A DNA stretch of 64,000 nucleotides from Azolla caroliniana. Lineage: Eukaryota; Plantae; Polypodiophyta. Below, piece by piece: positions 40,190 through 53,897 of this stretch. Both the position numbers and the translations under genes were made by a program. Every line of letters begins with the position of its first letter. Positions within the stretch are counted from its first letter, which is position 1. Where the stretch lies: assembly GCA_043228905.1 (NCBI GenBank), contig JBHGNT010000003.1:930001-994000 (forward strand), written 5' to 3'. Below the pieces are notes generated by a model, which was not told the origin of the DNA, searched no databases, and was given only the letters and a program-made list of their open reading frames with translations.

Positions 40190-42806
40190 TGGGGGAGAGG
40201 AAGAAAACGTCCCTCTTCCTGAAAATGGGTAAGCTGTGGCACAGAAGATCGATTCTCTGAGTGAATCTTAGGGTTTCGCCATAACCACGACACGCAGAGG
40301 ACTGAATTTCGAACGCACAGAGACATATCATCAGAATCGGGCCCTTGCCAGTTTCCTTTATTTCCCCGCGATACCCCTCCTGAGTCCTCCCTCCCAAAGG
40401 CTATTGCTTTTTCTTTATTTCCCGAAATGCCCTTGGTCTTGTCCAATGATCTTTTTGAGCCCAATCCACTGCTTTGGACACTCATGGGTATCTGACTCAC
40501 TACAACAAATAATGATTATGATTGGAGGCTCATAGCGCTCTGAGGTTTCTCTGCTCGTGAAGGTGACCATATTACTCATTTTTGCTCCAGGGTTTCCCCT
40601 CTTCGCGTTTTTCTATCGTTCATTCATGCTCATATATAAACGTATAAAATGCGAAACAAATCTTGAACAGAATGTCCATTTACGTGATGATCTACTTGTA
40701 TGATGATTAAAATAGTAAATTGAGGATCTATTTGTATGATATACTAGTTCGCGGACAACATGATATTGTGTTGGAATTATGCTCCCTTGGCTCAATAGAT
40801 TTTAGCGTCTAAATAGAAGCATCGATCCGAGTTTAGGAAGTTGTAGTTGCAGAGTCGATTCAAAGACTCCACACATCATGGTGGAGATGTGCAAACGTAA
40901 TGAAGTAAACATCAAATTGGAACCCAACCTTAAATAGCACGAAGGACCACTTAATGTTCATGATAGATTAGCAATAAATGCATGGGAATGTATGCATACG
41001 TTTGTGCACCTACACATTCCCAATGCAATTTGTATTAAGGTTAGTGAATATTCACATTCAATTTTATCATTAGGCCATGCAAGTCACCCCATACGAGAAG
41101 ACAATGAGAAGAGGGATATGGAGAGATGAGGATGTTAATAAAGATGACCATTAAGTTTTGGAGGAAGTTATTAGTCTATGGTCAATGAGTGGTTCATAGA
41201 TGTGGTTGAATGATAAATATTGGCACATGAGTTAATGAAGATCGGTGCTTCGTAAAAACATTATGTTGTCTCGGGGGTATTTTCTAGAGAAATATCCATA
41301 ACATCTTTATAGTTTTGTATGTGGGGGAGTTTGCGTAGTCACTATGATTACCATCTCGATAAACTTTTGTTGTCAACTAAGATTAACAACCTAATTTGAT
41401 CAATAATAATACAATATCCATTGCTAACTCATCTATATAATTTCCCACATTCAATGGGTGTCCACTATAATTTGAAACCTGTAATTGTTGAAGTTGTGAG
41501 CTAGCCCATATGTCACGTGATCCTTGCATTTCTCCTCATGCATCTCACGCATATTTCCATCTCGTGGTGGCAATGGTGGAGGACATTGTTATTGTCCTTG
41601 AGGATCAAAGAGTGACATGGAGGACGAAAGAAAAATAGAGCATATTGTTGATGTAGTTTTAACTACCCGCCAATTTGTTATCATCTTGTGTCCAAGGGAA
41701 GCCAAAGTGATGAATGTTCATCGAGCTAGCCTACCCCTTTGACTTTATCAATTGTCACCATTGCTTTTTAAAGAGGTGGATGAATATCTTTTTAATGTCC
41801 ATAAGGAGATTGATTACAATCTACGAAACGGGTTTTTAGGGCAACAAAGAGACATGGACGAGGTGATGAATATTCTCTAAGCTAGTTTGCTCCTTTGGCT
41901 TGATCTATTGTCATCCTTGCTTTTTAGAGAGATAGATAATGTATTTTAAATGACCACAAGGAGATTGATTGTGATCTATGAGATGTGGCCTAGCCCACTG
42001 GAATATGGAACTTGGGTCCTCTTGGTTTTATGATTTGATGATATGGTGTAAACCACTAAGGCAACAACAAGAGAGACAAAATGATTTATCCCTAGTTCTC
42101 GACAAAAAAGAAAGAAAAAAGAGAGAGATTAATATAATAATATTAATGTGACAACTCTCAATCTCTATTCAATGAATTTTCCAATTGTGTCGTGATGGAG
42201 CTTTCATAACACCTTCTTTGTTCTAGTTCTTTATTCAATGAAATTTTCAACTGTGGCAATGGAGTTTTCATAATATCTTCTCCATTTATAATTTAAAATG
42301 AAATATAACAAAATTAAATTTCCTAATATCCTTGACTTTACATACTATTTAAGAATATGGTGTGTTCATATCGTTGCTAGAAGCCCTACACATAATTCAT
42401 GTGCATTTTGATCATTTGGACCTAAAATCAAATAATAATGTATTTGTTTTATGAAGAGAAAACCCAGAGACTCTTGAAAATTCAAGGGTATTAGTTTTGG
42501 CCAATATACCATATACTTAAAACTTTAATTAAGCTTCAAACATAGAAGTGGCCCTATGGGATTAAAGTAGATCATAGGACTCTTTGATTCTTGACAATTT
42601 TTGTTGGGGAATATGCTACTAGGGGAAAAAATTACAAGGACACATTGTGACCCGCAAATAATGAGGTTGTTGTCTTCTTGTTTGGTATCCCTTTCTCATT
42701 CTTTTAGAGTGTAGCTTGCAACCTTCCTCTACTCCTTAAGCTAACAAGTGCTTGTTTTTTCATGACATGATTCGCTTTCTTTGTTTTCTATTATGTAAGC
42801 ACGGTA

Positions 42807-42851
<45 letters not shown>

Positions 42852-44193
42852 CATTGACTACCCAAGTAATGTGAAGGGACAAGAAATCTCTCAAAAAAGT
42901 CGTAGTCTACTATAATAAAGGTTGTATTGCATTATGCTTCATTACGATCACTATTAAAGGAAAAATATCATGAGGCAAGAATTTGAATTTCCGATCACTA
43001 TCATCTCATTATTGTTGTAGTCACGGGTTCAGATTCTACTCTCCTGTAATTCCTAGCACTACATAATGAATCCCCTATAAAATATCACGAAGGACTTCGA
43101 GGGTGTTGTTAAGGATACTTACATCTAGAAAACATACCCAAACATTTTTTGCAAAAATTTATGCTTGGATAATGAAAATTAATCCATCTCTATTATGACA
43201 AGTTCATTAACACCGTAGTTTACATCCTAGGCCAAAAATTCACATAAAGTCTACTAAGTATCTACTACCACAAGAGAACTACCACAAATTTAGGATATTC
43301 AACAACATATGTATGTGCATGTGTTTGGTGGCCATGGCGGTGTCATCGCTTGGCTACTCTAGGTCGCCAAAGGTGGTAACACGAAAGCCACCATGCAAAC
43401 TGGTTAGTTGGCTACAACAACTTGGCCATTAGGTTGAGCAAAGAGAATTGTTCATTTTTGTTTCCTTAAGTATCTTAGCCTCATAAGTAATAGTGGAAGG
43501 TTGTGGAGGTGGTTGGCCAAGTGTCAACCGGAAGTTGGCTTCTAGGATGCGACCATTTGAAGCAAGTTTTGATATATATTACTACTAGTTTTTCTTTATT
43601 TAACTTACACATTTTATCACTTGATGATTACCACTTAATTCATAGATAGATATTGAAGTTTAACATAAGAGGCAGAAACAACAAAGTAATGGTTGTACTC
43701 ACAACATTTATATCAAGTAAAATGAGTAACCATAGACCATAACGCCTCTTTGTTCCTCTCTAGTTATATACTTATGTTAGGCCATTGCTAAGTATATGTA
43801 GGATATCTCACATTAAATGTTCTAGTATTGGAATACACCCAAGACTCCTAATGGAAGTAGGCTAACAGTGAGAAAGGGCTTAACTTTGCTAATGTGAATC
43901 TCCCTCTCCTCTTCTCTCACTTCAAAATAGTTCGGAAGAAAAATACCCAAGTAAGAACTAAGCTTTACTAACCACTCACTCACTCTCTTGCCATTAGTTG
44001 ACTATCCTTGCTTCCATGGAGATGGGTGATGGGTTGAGATGGTACCTCCGTCACCCACCCTATTTGATTTTCATTGAAGCATGTTTGGTCCTTTAAGTAC
44101 TCAATATCTATTAGCTTGTCCTTTGTGTTATGAGGTTGATTATGATCTTCTTCATATTATGTGTATGTATATAATTACTAAATTAGGCTGCTT

Positions 44194-44651
44194 TGTGAAT
44201 GTTAATGTGCAGAAGCGTTAGACAAAATCGGCTCAATCGGATAGCAACAGAGAATAAGATGTAGGTTTAATGGAGAAGCTTAATACAAGAGAGTATACAC
44301 AGGAGAGACAGAGAGAGCCGAACGTAATCGTAGATTCAAAATAATAAAAACACTCTGTACATACAATGTGCTATAACAACACTATTTATACAAGTCCATA
44401 AAAGAATAGTCAGAAGTACTGCATACTTCAATATTCCTACGTGCGACTTACACTAATTACGAGACAATACTTACCTAGTAGTCTAGGCTACTACTACGCT
44501 TCCGGTTCCCACTTGAATCCGGCTCTCCGATCCGGCCGGTTGTTTCCGGATACCATCTAGATACCGATCTGGCTCATCCTTCCGGATGCCGATCCGGCTC
44601 AGGCTTATTCAACCGATCCGGATCCGGTTGAGCTTGCTTGCTCGCTCCACA
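44194..44651 (-). mobile_element. Solo LTR
   Basis: TGTGAA...TCCACA termini, 5-bp TSD TGCTT / CGCTT (one CpG-type change), a minus-strand TGTATAAATAG near 44383-44393, and internal ATCCGG repeats. Confidence 0.7.
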
Positions 44652-46140
44652 CGCTTTATAGTTATAGGTGGATGATTTTCTATTGTTGTTACAACATCAT
44701 GTTGTCGACCAACGAGGTTATGATATTTGATAGGTGGAGGACAATATTGGAAACCAAGAGCAATAATTACACATTCATAAAATACATCCCAAATAACGAA
44801 GCCTCGTAAAATCTATGATGTTATCAAGGAGAGGGTTTGTACTCACTTGGGATGTAGAATCTGATAGAGATCCGTAATACTTGGATTATGGAAGTTCAAA
44901 ATCATTACAATACGATGCATGGAGTATTGTTGAGAATTAGAACATAAGCAAGAGAAAAAATACATAGAAGAAGATCATATCGAGGAAGTAAGGGAAAAAC
45001 AAAATTATGTGGGTTAAGAAGGAAGCTAGACACAAGTTGGCAAATAAACTCTTCAATGCTAGATTGAACTCCTTGATCAAAGATTATGTAAGTGTTTGAA
45101 AGAAGTAAAGAGGTCTCGATAAGAAAGTAAAAACGATTAATTATGAATGTGACAATTAGACCATAGATATTGACCTACACTTATCTCTAAATGATGACTT
45201 GTTTTTACCCATTCCATTAAAACACAATAAAACTAATGTCTCGGTGATTTTAGATTGAACTAATTGATCAAAGATCATGCAAAAGGTTGACAAGTCACAA
45301 GAGTAAAGAGGTTTGGAGGAACAATCATGGCAAGTTATTGTGAGTGTCACAATCATACATGATTTTGAACTACGCTCATCTCTCAGCAATGCCGTTCTTG
45401 TCAATTCCATTAGGGCACAAAAAACTAATGTCCCGTAGATATAGGATTGAATAAGATGGTTATATGCCATTATCATGAACCACGAGAACTACATACTCTT
45501 TGTTGTAGAACACAACACCCAACAAATGACCAAGTGTTTTCATAACGTAACCATGCTTCGTTTGATCTCACTTGCATAATACAAACACAAACTAATCGAA
45601 AGGGTTCTTGACATCAACGAGCGTATAGACATTAAGTGATTTGGTTTGTGTGACAGTCCTTATGTAATTGAGGTCTTGACATGTCTCAACTTAAGAAAAT
45701 TCGAGGATTTATTGGTATTACCACTTCCTCCATGACTTAAAGTAGATGGCGACATCACAATACCAATTCCATATTAGAGCTTGGGCCCCCTTTTATAGTG
45801 CTAGAATCTAGTGCACAATAAAATACCGTATGCTTATTGCTTGGTCAAAGGTGTGGATAGGGAAAACTCACACTCAAATACATCAAAGTTGTTCAAATGG
45901 ATATGACCAATAGACATAGCCAACCTTCATTCTATCCACAATGTTTTGTTTTGGAAAAAAGGGCCTACACATGCCCAAATTCAAGAAAGTATAAATGTTA
46001 TTTTGCTTTTGTCTCATAAAATAATTATAGCCTTCAACAAGAGATGGCGACACATTCATTCACATCCCATATATGATATTAAACCTTTCTCGGTGATAGA
46101 GTGTAAGAACCAGTGACAAATGTGGCCAAACCATCATAAC

Positions 46141-46490
46141 TAATAACCCACATGTTAACATTATATAACCATGTCTTGAGCTCTATGTCCTCTTATGGAA
46201 CATAGAATCGAGTGCACAATGCCGCGCCTCAAGCTTCAATTGTGCCATGAACTTGAATCTAGTAGCTAGGTAGCAAGTTCAAATGTCCAACTTCAATGTC
46301 CTCTCCAAGTGCAATAACCAATAACCCACGTGTTAACATTACATAACCATGTCTTGAGCTTAATGTCCTCTTATGGAACATAGAAGGCCGTGTCTCAAGC
46401 TTCAATCGTGCCCTGAACTCGAAGCTAGCCGCAAGGCGCAAGGTAGCAAGTTTAGATCTCCAACTTCAATGTCCTCTCTAAGTGTAGTAA
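46141..46490. repeat. Tandem duplication, period about 178 bp
   Basis: AATAACCCAC.TGTTAACATTA.ATAACCATGTCTTGAGCT...GGTAGCAAGTT...TCCAACTTCAATGTCCTCTC occurs twice. Confidence 0.8.
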
Positions 46491-47623
46491 CCCAGTGATA
46501 ACAAGCCAAGCATGGAAAGGACAAAGTGACGACCCATACCTTCCAAGGTGTTGGAACTACATTGACCACAAGGAATGATGAACCTGTCTTCAGAGCTACG
46601 ATGCGTGCCCTGGTGTCACGAGGAAAATAGCTACTAAAAATTGTCCCAAGTGTGAAAGGAAGAAGAGAACCAATGTCTCATCTCCATTTCATTTCTCTTC
46701 ACTTTACTTCATTTCATTTCATTTCACTCCATTTCATTCTCATTTCATTCTCATCAAAGGAGCCCACATTCATTCATGGCACAGAGACAAGCTATGAGAG
46801 AAAGACAGACAGACCTCCTAGCTAGCCATGGAGAGAACTAAGAAGCTGTGATCCTTGCTTTGGACCATCAGATTCTAGGCGGCTTCTCGAGGAAGAAAAT
46901 TTTGAAGGTACTCTCAGAATCTTTCCTGCAAAAAATAAAAAGAAAGACAGACAGAAAGAAAGAAAACGCAGGTCTATTCATCCCTACAGAGAGAACAAAT
47001 TTCTGAAAATCATTTCATAGAAAGGAGGCAGACCCATTTTCCCTCGAGAAGAATCTACAGGAGAGAATAAAGTAAGGAGAAAAGGGCAAAAAAGAAAAAA
47101 AAAATTTAAAAGAAGAAGAAAAAAAAGGGAAAATTAGAAAAATAAAATGGAAAACCCAAATTTCCTCTCCTGGGGAAGCATGTTCAGCTCTTTGAAAGCT
47201 TTCATATTAGGTTTTTCTTGAAGACAACCTTGAGGTTTTGTCATTAGAAATGGTCAATAGAGAGGGTCTACAATGGGTGTTAATGAAGCTTTCAAAATTA
47301 TTTTTCTTCTGATAAAGCCCCTTTTGCATTTCATTGTTGAAAACATAGAGTTGATAGAAAAGGGAGCTTTCAATTTAGGGTTTTCTTGAAGAGTTCCTTC
47401 TGGTTGTTTTCTAGGCTTAGAAGTGGTTCATGGAGCTTTCAAATTAGCCTTTTTGGCCTTCTTTATTTGTTTTTTATTAACTCATAAATGTTAACGAGCT
47501 TTCAAGTTAGTTTGTTTTTGTAGAACTTATTGTCGTTTTTCCAGTTAAAATAGTTTATGGAGTTTTAAAATTAGGGTTTTCTTGAAGAGCCCCCTTTTTG
47601 GTCTATTTCTTTTCTATTCAGAA

Positions 47624-50600
47624 ATGGTTAATGGAAAGCTTCTTGAAGAGAAGGGTTTATCCCAGCCAGGGAATATGGTTGGAACCCGAGGCTTATTTTC
47701 AGCCCCTGCTTCAGAAGAATCCGATCTTGATTGGGATTATACTAAAAAGTTCAGAGAAGAAGAAGAGGAAAACACTTCTTCTTTCATGGCTAGCCAAGTT
47801 ACTGATGAAAGTTCTGCCTATTTTCTATGGCCTACTAACTCTCGACCTCATGGAAGTGCAGAAGAAAGAGAAAATTACTTCAAAGGTCTTCAAAAAGATC
47901 CAAATTTTAAGCTCAATGACACATCTCCTTGTGGCCAACAAGCTACTACTCTGTTGGATTTGATGACCATAAGGGCTTATAATAGTTTGCTATTAAGGAA
48001 AGTTAGCCTTGGAACTGCTGTGGGGTTCCGGACACGAAGAGGGGAGCCGACTGATATCCCAGCCATTATAGTCTTTGTAGCTCGCAAGGTTCATAAAGTC
48101 TGGCTTAATGAAAACGAAAGGCTTCCAACTTACCTTGAGGTAACATGACATAATGCCCCATAAATTGCATATTTAAATCTACTAATGTAATGTATGAACT
48201 TCCTGAAAATAACCTATTAACCCAATTAACCTGATTAATATATCAAACATGTGGCCATATAAAGTATGGCTTAATGAAAAAAATGAAAGGATTCCGGGTT
48301 ACCTTGATGTAGAATGCCACTTTACCGCTTACTTACGTATTTCTGTGTAATTAACATGATTAAATTAACTAATTAAACATACCTACAAGTTACCCCGTCA
48401 AGTTTATATTCCTGACTTACCTCGAGGTAAAAGTAGATGACACCTTAAATTACATGGCTTAACCTAATCAACATGCTTATTAACTCTTCAAACATGCGGT
48501 TTTACAAAGTTTTGCTTTATGAAAACAAAAGGCTTCTGGAATCAGACACACCTCATCTTTGAATCACATGCTTTACCAATAAACATGAATAGCTAATCAA
48601 ATGTGTGGTATACAAAGTTTCTCTTGATGAAAACAAAAGAGGGCTAAGCTTTAGGATTACGTATAGGTTTTGATTAGGGTTGAGGAATAAAGTAACATGA
48701 CATCCAGCCCCTTAATTACATGATTTAGCTATTAATAAACATGGATGGAAGTGGACCATAGTGTGCTTCCCAAGTCTGGCTGGAATAATAGTTGTAAACT
48801 GTTAGGACGTTACTATCTTAATTGCTCTTTTAATCTGATAAACTGTCTAAACTAACCAAACATTTAGAAAACCACCATTTGGAATGTGATGGTTTGCGCA
48901 ATGAGCGTAAGATTGATTGATATCTGAATGGTACGCGATCCTTCTATACTATTCGGCTATCTTGTTCGTTCTTCCTACATGATCTTAAAGTGTTGATACT
49001 GTTGGCGAATTGATTGTTGGACAGACCTGCAAATTTCTACTTATTCTTTTCATGTTTTTCAAGATGGAACAATATTTTCAGATTCATTTTCTTGTTAGAT
49101 GTCATAAGTCATTCTGGCCTTCAATAGATTTTAATATATCTTTCTTTGTTATGTGTGAATCTGTTCCATATCAATGGTGGTGTACAGCTTCTGGATCATC
49201 GATATTCGTTACACCTGTCTGAAGATAATAAGAAAATGGACTTACTCTAGTCTTAATTAACCCTTAATAATCTAGTTATAATCTATACCGACATCATTTC
49301 ACAAACATCGAAGATTTCTAAACGAAGTTTAGTGATTACCTGAGAAGTGCCGTGATCATCCACCCAAGAAGGTTATCCGTGATGCATCAATGGGAAACAA
49401 TATTACAAACGTTAGGTTCACAAAGCTCAGTTCTTGGATTGATTGGAATGTATGTATTGGTTTGCTGTTAATGTTTGTAAAGTAGCTTATAAAACCTACA
49501 TTATGCATGAACTCCAGGGACCTGGGGGCATCTGGTGTGATGTGGATGTGGTAGAGTTCCATTATTATGGAACACCAGCTTTTACCCCGAAAGAGCATGT
49601 TTATACAGAACTAGCCGAAGGGTTGCGAGGAAATGATCCTTACATAGGTCCAGGATCGCAGGTATAAGGCTACAGTGTATTGAAATAAGCTGATAGTAAG
49701 AATAGGATCACAGTTATAACCTCCGTTATTTGTGATCCTTTTTAGCATATTTTTTGAAATATTTTAATGACGATGACTCAGGTTTCAAGTCAAGAGACTA
49801 TAGGAACCCTCGGAGCCATAGTGCAAAGTAGAACTGGAACTCGACAAATTGGGTTTTTAACAAATCGCCATGTCGCAGTTAATCTTGATCAACCAAGCCA
49901 GAAAATGTTCCATCCCTTGCCTCCTAACATAGGACCAGGTGTTTATTTGGGTGCAGTGGAAAGAGCAACTTCCTTCATCAGAGATGAAGGATGGTACAAC
50001 ATCTTTGCAAGCACAAATCCAGGTTTTCTCATTAATTCTAAACCAAACCATGTTTTGAGCTAGTGGTTCCGAGCCTTACCTTGTAAGACATGGGCCAGGA
50101 GTTCAACACCTGACTTTGGCCTTGGTTGTTACAAATGGCAATTGACCCCTCTATTAAGATAAATTTTAATTTTCTAACTGGAAATTCTAATACCAATCTT
50201 GGCTTTGAAAACTATAGTCTCTCTCAATGTTAATGTGTGCCGAATCCTTTTTCTTTTTATGTGTCAGAGACATTTGTTCGTGTGGATGGGGCATTTGTTC
50301 CTTTTAGTCGTAGCTTTGATCTCTCAAAGGTGACCACAGAAGTGAAGGGTTTGGGTGAAATGGGAGATATTTTCACCATAGATCTCCAAGATCCGGTTTC
50401 TAAGATAGTAGGAAAGAAAGTTGTGAAGGTTGGAAGAAGTTCAGGGCTAACTAGAGGTACCATAATGGCATATGGCCTCGAGTACAATGATGAAAAGGGC
50501 ATTTGTTTATTCACAGATTTCTTGGTTATTGGAGAACATAATAAGCAAGCCTTTGACTTAGAGGGGGATAGTGGGAGTCTTATCTTGATGGTAGGAGAAG

Positions 50601-51433
50601 AAGAAGATAAGCCTCGTCCAGTGGGGATGATTTGGGGTGGCACAGCTAATCGGGGGTGCTTGAAGTTGCATAATGGATATGGACCCGAAAATTGGACAAG
50701 TGGTGTGGATCTCGGCAACCTTCTGGAGTGGCTTCAGCTGGATTTAATTACAAGTGATGCAATGCTCAAAGGTAATCTGAAACTCAGTTCTCATGTTCAA
50801 GCAGTTTGAAAGTATCCATCAATGAACTTTTAAGAAAGTAATTTATACCAGGAAACACACCAAAATAAATACTCCTGAGTTAATTTCTTTTATCATAATA
50901 CCTGCATAGTATAAACTTTACCGCTCAGGGATGGTATTCTGGTAATATATAATACGTCTCAGGTATTCAGGTAGATATCCAGAAAGTTAGGGTTATTTCG
51001 ATGTTTTGCCGTATCTATTGGATCAATGATGTGTACTTCGATGTAACATATTTTGTGTACTGGATCAATGATGTGTACCTAGATGCATGATGTGTACTTC
51101 GATGTCTAACATAGGTAATGTACTGGATCAATGATGTGTACTTCAATGTAACATATTGTGTACTGGATCAATGATGTGTACCTAGATGCTGTGCGATCTG
51201 TAAGGAGTCCGAGTTTAGACCATGGAAAGGAGCAAACGTTGATAATGGACTTGAAGTACTATAAGGGTAATGGGGATGTTACTCTGGCAGGAATTGATGG
51301 AGGTGTACCCATTATAAGAGAGATAGATTTCGGCATACAAAACAATGGACGGTCGGCTCCTCTTGGTGGTGAGGAAGTATCATGTAGCCTTTATCTGAAT
51401 GAGCAAGAAGTGAAGCGGAGACGGCTTTACTGA
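47624..51433 (+). CDS. NAL1: NARROW LEAF 1-like trypsin-family serine protease
   Basis: Exons at about 47624-48139, 49518-49661, 49782-50022, 50268-50771 and 51186-51433. Motifs LLDLMTIRA...SLGTAVGFR...FVARKVH, GPGGIWCDVDVVEF, and catalytic-type LTNRHVAV (His), RVDGAF (Asp) and GDSGS (Ser). Probable 5'UTR intron at about 46909-47621. Confidence 0.93.
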
Positions 51434-51525
51434 AAAAGGAACCGCCAACAGCATCTCTCTATCCCCCCCAATGGGAAGGGAAGGTGTTACCAGTGCCTAT
51501 ATTTATTACACATGCGCATATGGGA

Positions 51526-51680
51526 ACATACATACATACCTACGCACGTACGTACGTACGTACGTACATACATACATACATACATACATACATACATACA
51601 TACATACATACATACATACATACACATACATACACACGTTCGTACGTACGTACATACATACATACATACATCCACACACA
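51526..51680. repeat. (TACA)n/(TACG)n microsatellite
   Basis: Directly visible downstream of the NAL1 stop codon. Confidence 0.95.
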
Positions 51681-52425
51681 TCAATACATTATAAGCACAA
51701 AGTGTACGTTATACGCATACATTCATGCAACAACATTTAGATTTTTCATGGTATATCCTTCAGATAACAACTATGTGTATAGGTGGTTTACCATGCATGC
51801 TGTTTAGTGACTTAATATTATTTGCTCCAAATGGCACTTCAATGTCCATCCATTGCTCAAGTGCCTTGTGATTTTCTTGGGCCACGGAGAGGGTAACAAT
51901 ATTACTCTACCCTAAAATGGGCGATGTTTAATAAGTCATTGTCCCAATCTATCTAGAATCTTAATGAACCTTATTTGGTTGATTACCAAGTGCAAAACAG
52001 GAAGAGAGGGACCTTTGCCCATATGCCTTCTTGAAATGGCAAGCTTTTTCATTGAGGATTTCATAAATGCATTGATTGGTTCATAGTGTATTTTGTTTCC
52101 TATTGTCATAATGTATATAATTTTCCTATTATTGTGGATTTGACCTATGAGGCATTGTTTATCCATCAACTAACTCCCTTCAAATAGAGCTTCGCATTTC
52201 GTTTTGCACATGATATTTGGGAAATGGTCTTTGGACTCCAAATTTAAAAATTTGCAAATTCAAGATTGGATATGTATATGGCTCATCTCAAATGAATGTG
52301 AAAAACTGTTGGTTGATCATTTATAGTATATGTTGATCATGAAAACGTTGGTATGGTATAGCCAATTATAAACAACACTTGACAAGTGGATAATTGTGGC
52401 TATATAAAACAAAGCATAAAATGAA

Positions 52426-52738
52426 GGGAAAAGTACCAAGATACCCTTGGAAGTTCGTCTATTTACTAGAATGCCCTTGGAAGTTCCAAATTTATCAAAC
52501 TACCCCTATGTCCAAAAAATTACAGTTTATAAAGTAATTATACACTCAAATCTTTGGTAAATAGGGCTAGTTTGGGTCCCATTTCTTTTATCTTTGGTAA
52601 ATAGGGCTTGTAGATTTGAGTGTATAATTACTTTATAAAGTGTAATTTTTTCGACATAGGGGTAGTTTGGTAAATTTTGAACTTCTAGGGGCATTCTAGT
52701 AAATTTTGAACTTCCAGGGGTATCATGGTACTTTTCCC
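52426..52738. mobile_element. Mutator-like (MULE) foldback MITE
   Basis: TIRs of about 125 bp, GGGAAAAGTACCA...TACACTCAAATCT / AGATTTGAGTGTA...TGGTACTTTTCCC, and a perfect 9-bp TSD TAAAATGAA (52417-25 / 52739-47). Confidence 0.92.
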
Positions 52739-53713
52739 TAAAATGAATTCAAATAAATTTGAGGAGCAGGATGAATAATACTAAAACTTGTTAAGGTGTT
52801 TGTGGCATTCTACATGGTTAGTACACCCAATGTTTAAGAGGATATGTTTTTTAATCCAATCGCTTCCAAATTATTGAAAGGTAACCAAGCATGAAAATTG
52901 TGAGCTTGCTAGTAATATCTCCAAACGTCCTTCTCTTAATGTTAGTTTGGATAGACGGTAAAGGTTAATTTAGGATTAGAGTAAAAGTTTTGCGTTTACC
53001 AACTTGAGTTAGCTCAAAAGTTGAGGCATTCATGACATGGGTACTACAAGAGGTTGGAAATCAATAGTGACTTAATTGGGAAAATTTACGATATTCACGA
53101 AAAAAGTGTAGCTCAATAACTCTATAAACAATTGGGGTATATACAAACTCTTTACTTTTGAAGGTAAGAAATATTGGACTAAATTTCATTTGAACATTCC
53201 AAAATATATAGAGGAAGTTTTGATTAATCTTTCCAGACATTTTCCTCATAATTCCTCGGAGATTCATAACTTATTTTCTAGTTTCGAAAAGTTACACTCT
53301 TATTTTGTCATTAAACTCTGCGATTTTATTTTGAAATGTTATCTGAAGGCAATCATCTGCCCATCACTTTCTCATACTTCACGACTCCCTCCATTTTGCA
53401 CACTCAAGTTCTTAAGACTCATCGAAAGAAAGGAGTACGTTTCACATATCTTTCGGCATCAAATTCAACTAGCAAGTTACACATGACTTATCAGCATTTC
53501 TCCATCTGAAAGATGAGATTTGAGCCCGACCAATTTTTACAAAACATTCTAGAGCATCTATGAATCCATACTTCATGACAATTATTTAGCATCAATCACT
53601 GCTAAACACACACAATTCTTTGACTATGTATATGGTCGGTGAGATGAGAAAGGCAAAAGCAATCCAGCATCGATGCGGATTCGAACAACATCTGACACAT
53701 CTATGCTTTTACG

Positions 53714-53896
53714 ATCCAATCGACAAAAGACTAAAAACATACAAATGACTGCAAACATTCACTCATATGCATCGAAGAATGAGGCACATACCAAAGGTTA
53801 CCACAATCCAATCGACAAAAGGCTAAAAACATACAAATGACTGCAAACATTAATTCATATGCATCGCAGAATGAGGCACATACCAAAGTTTACCAC
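53714..53896. repeat. Tandem duplication, 92-bp period
   Basis: ATCCAATCGACAAAAG.CTAAAAACATACAAATGACTGCAAACATT...GAATGAGGCACATACCAAAG occurs twice, abutting the stop codon of the 53898-54269 ORF. Confidence 0.9.
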
Positions 53897-53897
53897 A

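Noticed and set aside
51471-51807. YIHT and MYVC repeat ORFs
   Set aside because: Translations of the (TACA)n microsatellite.
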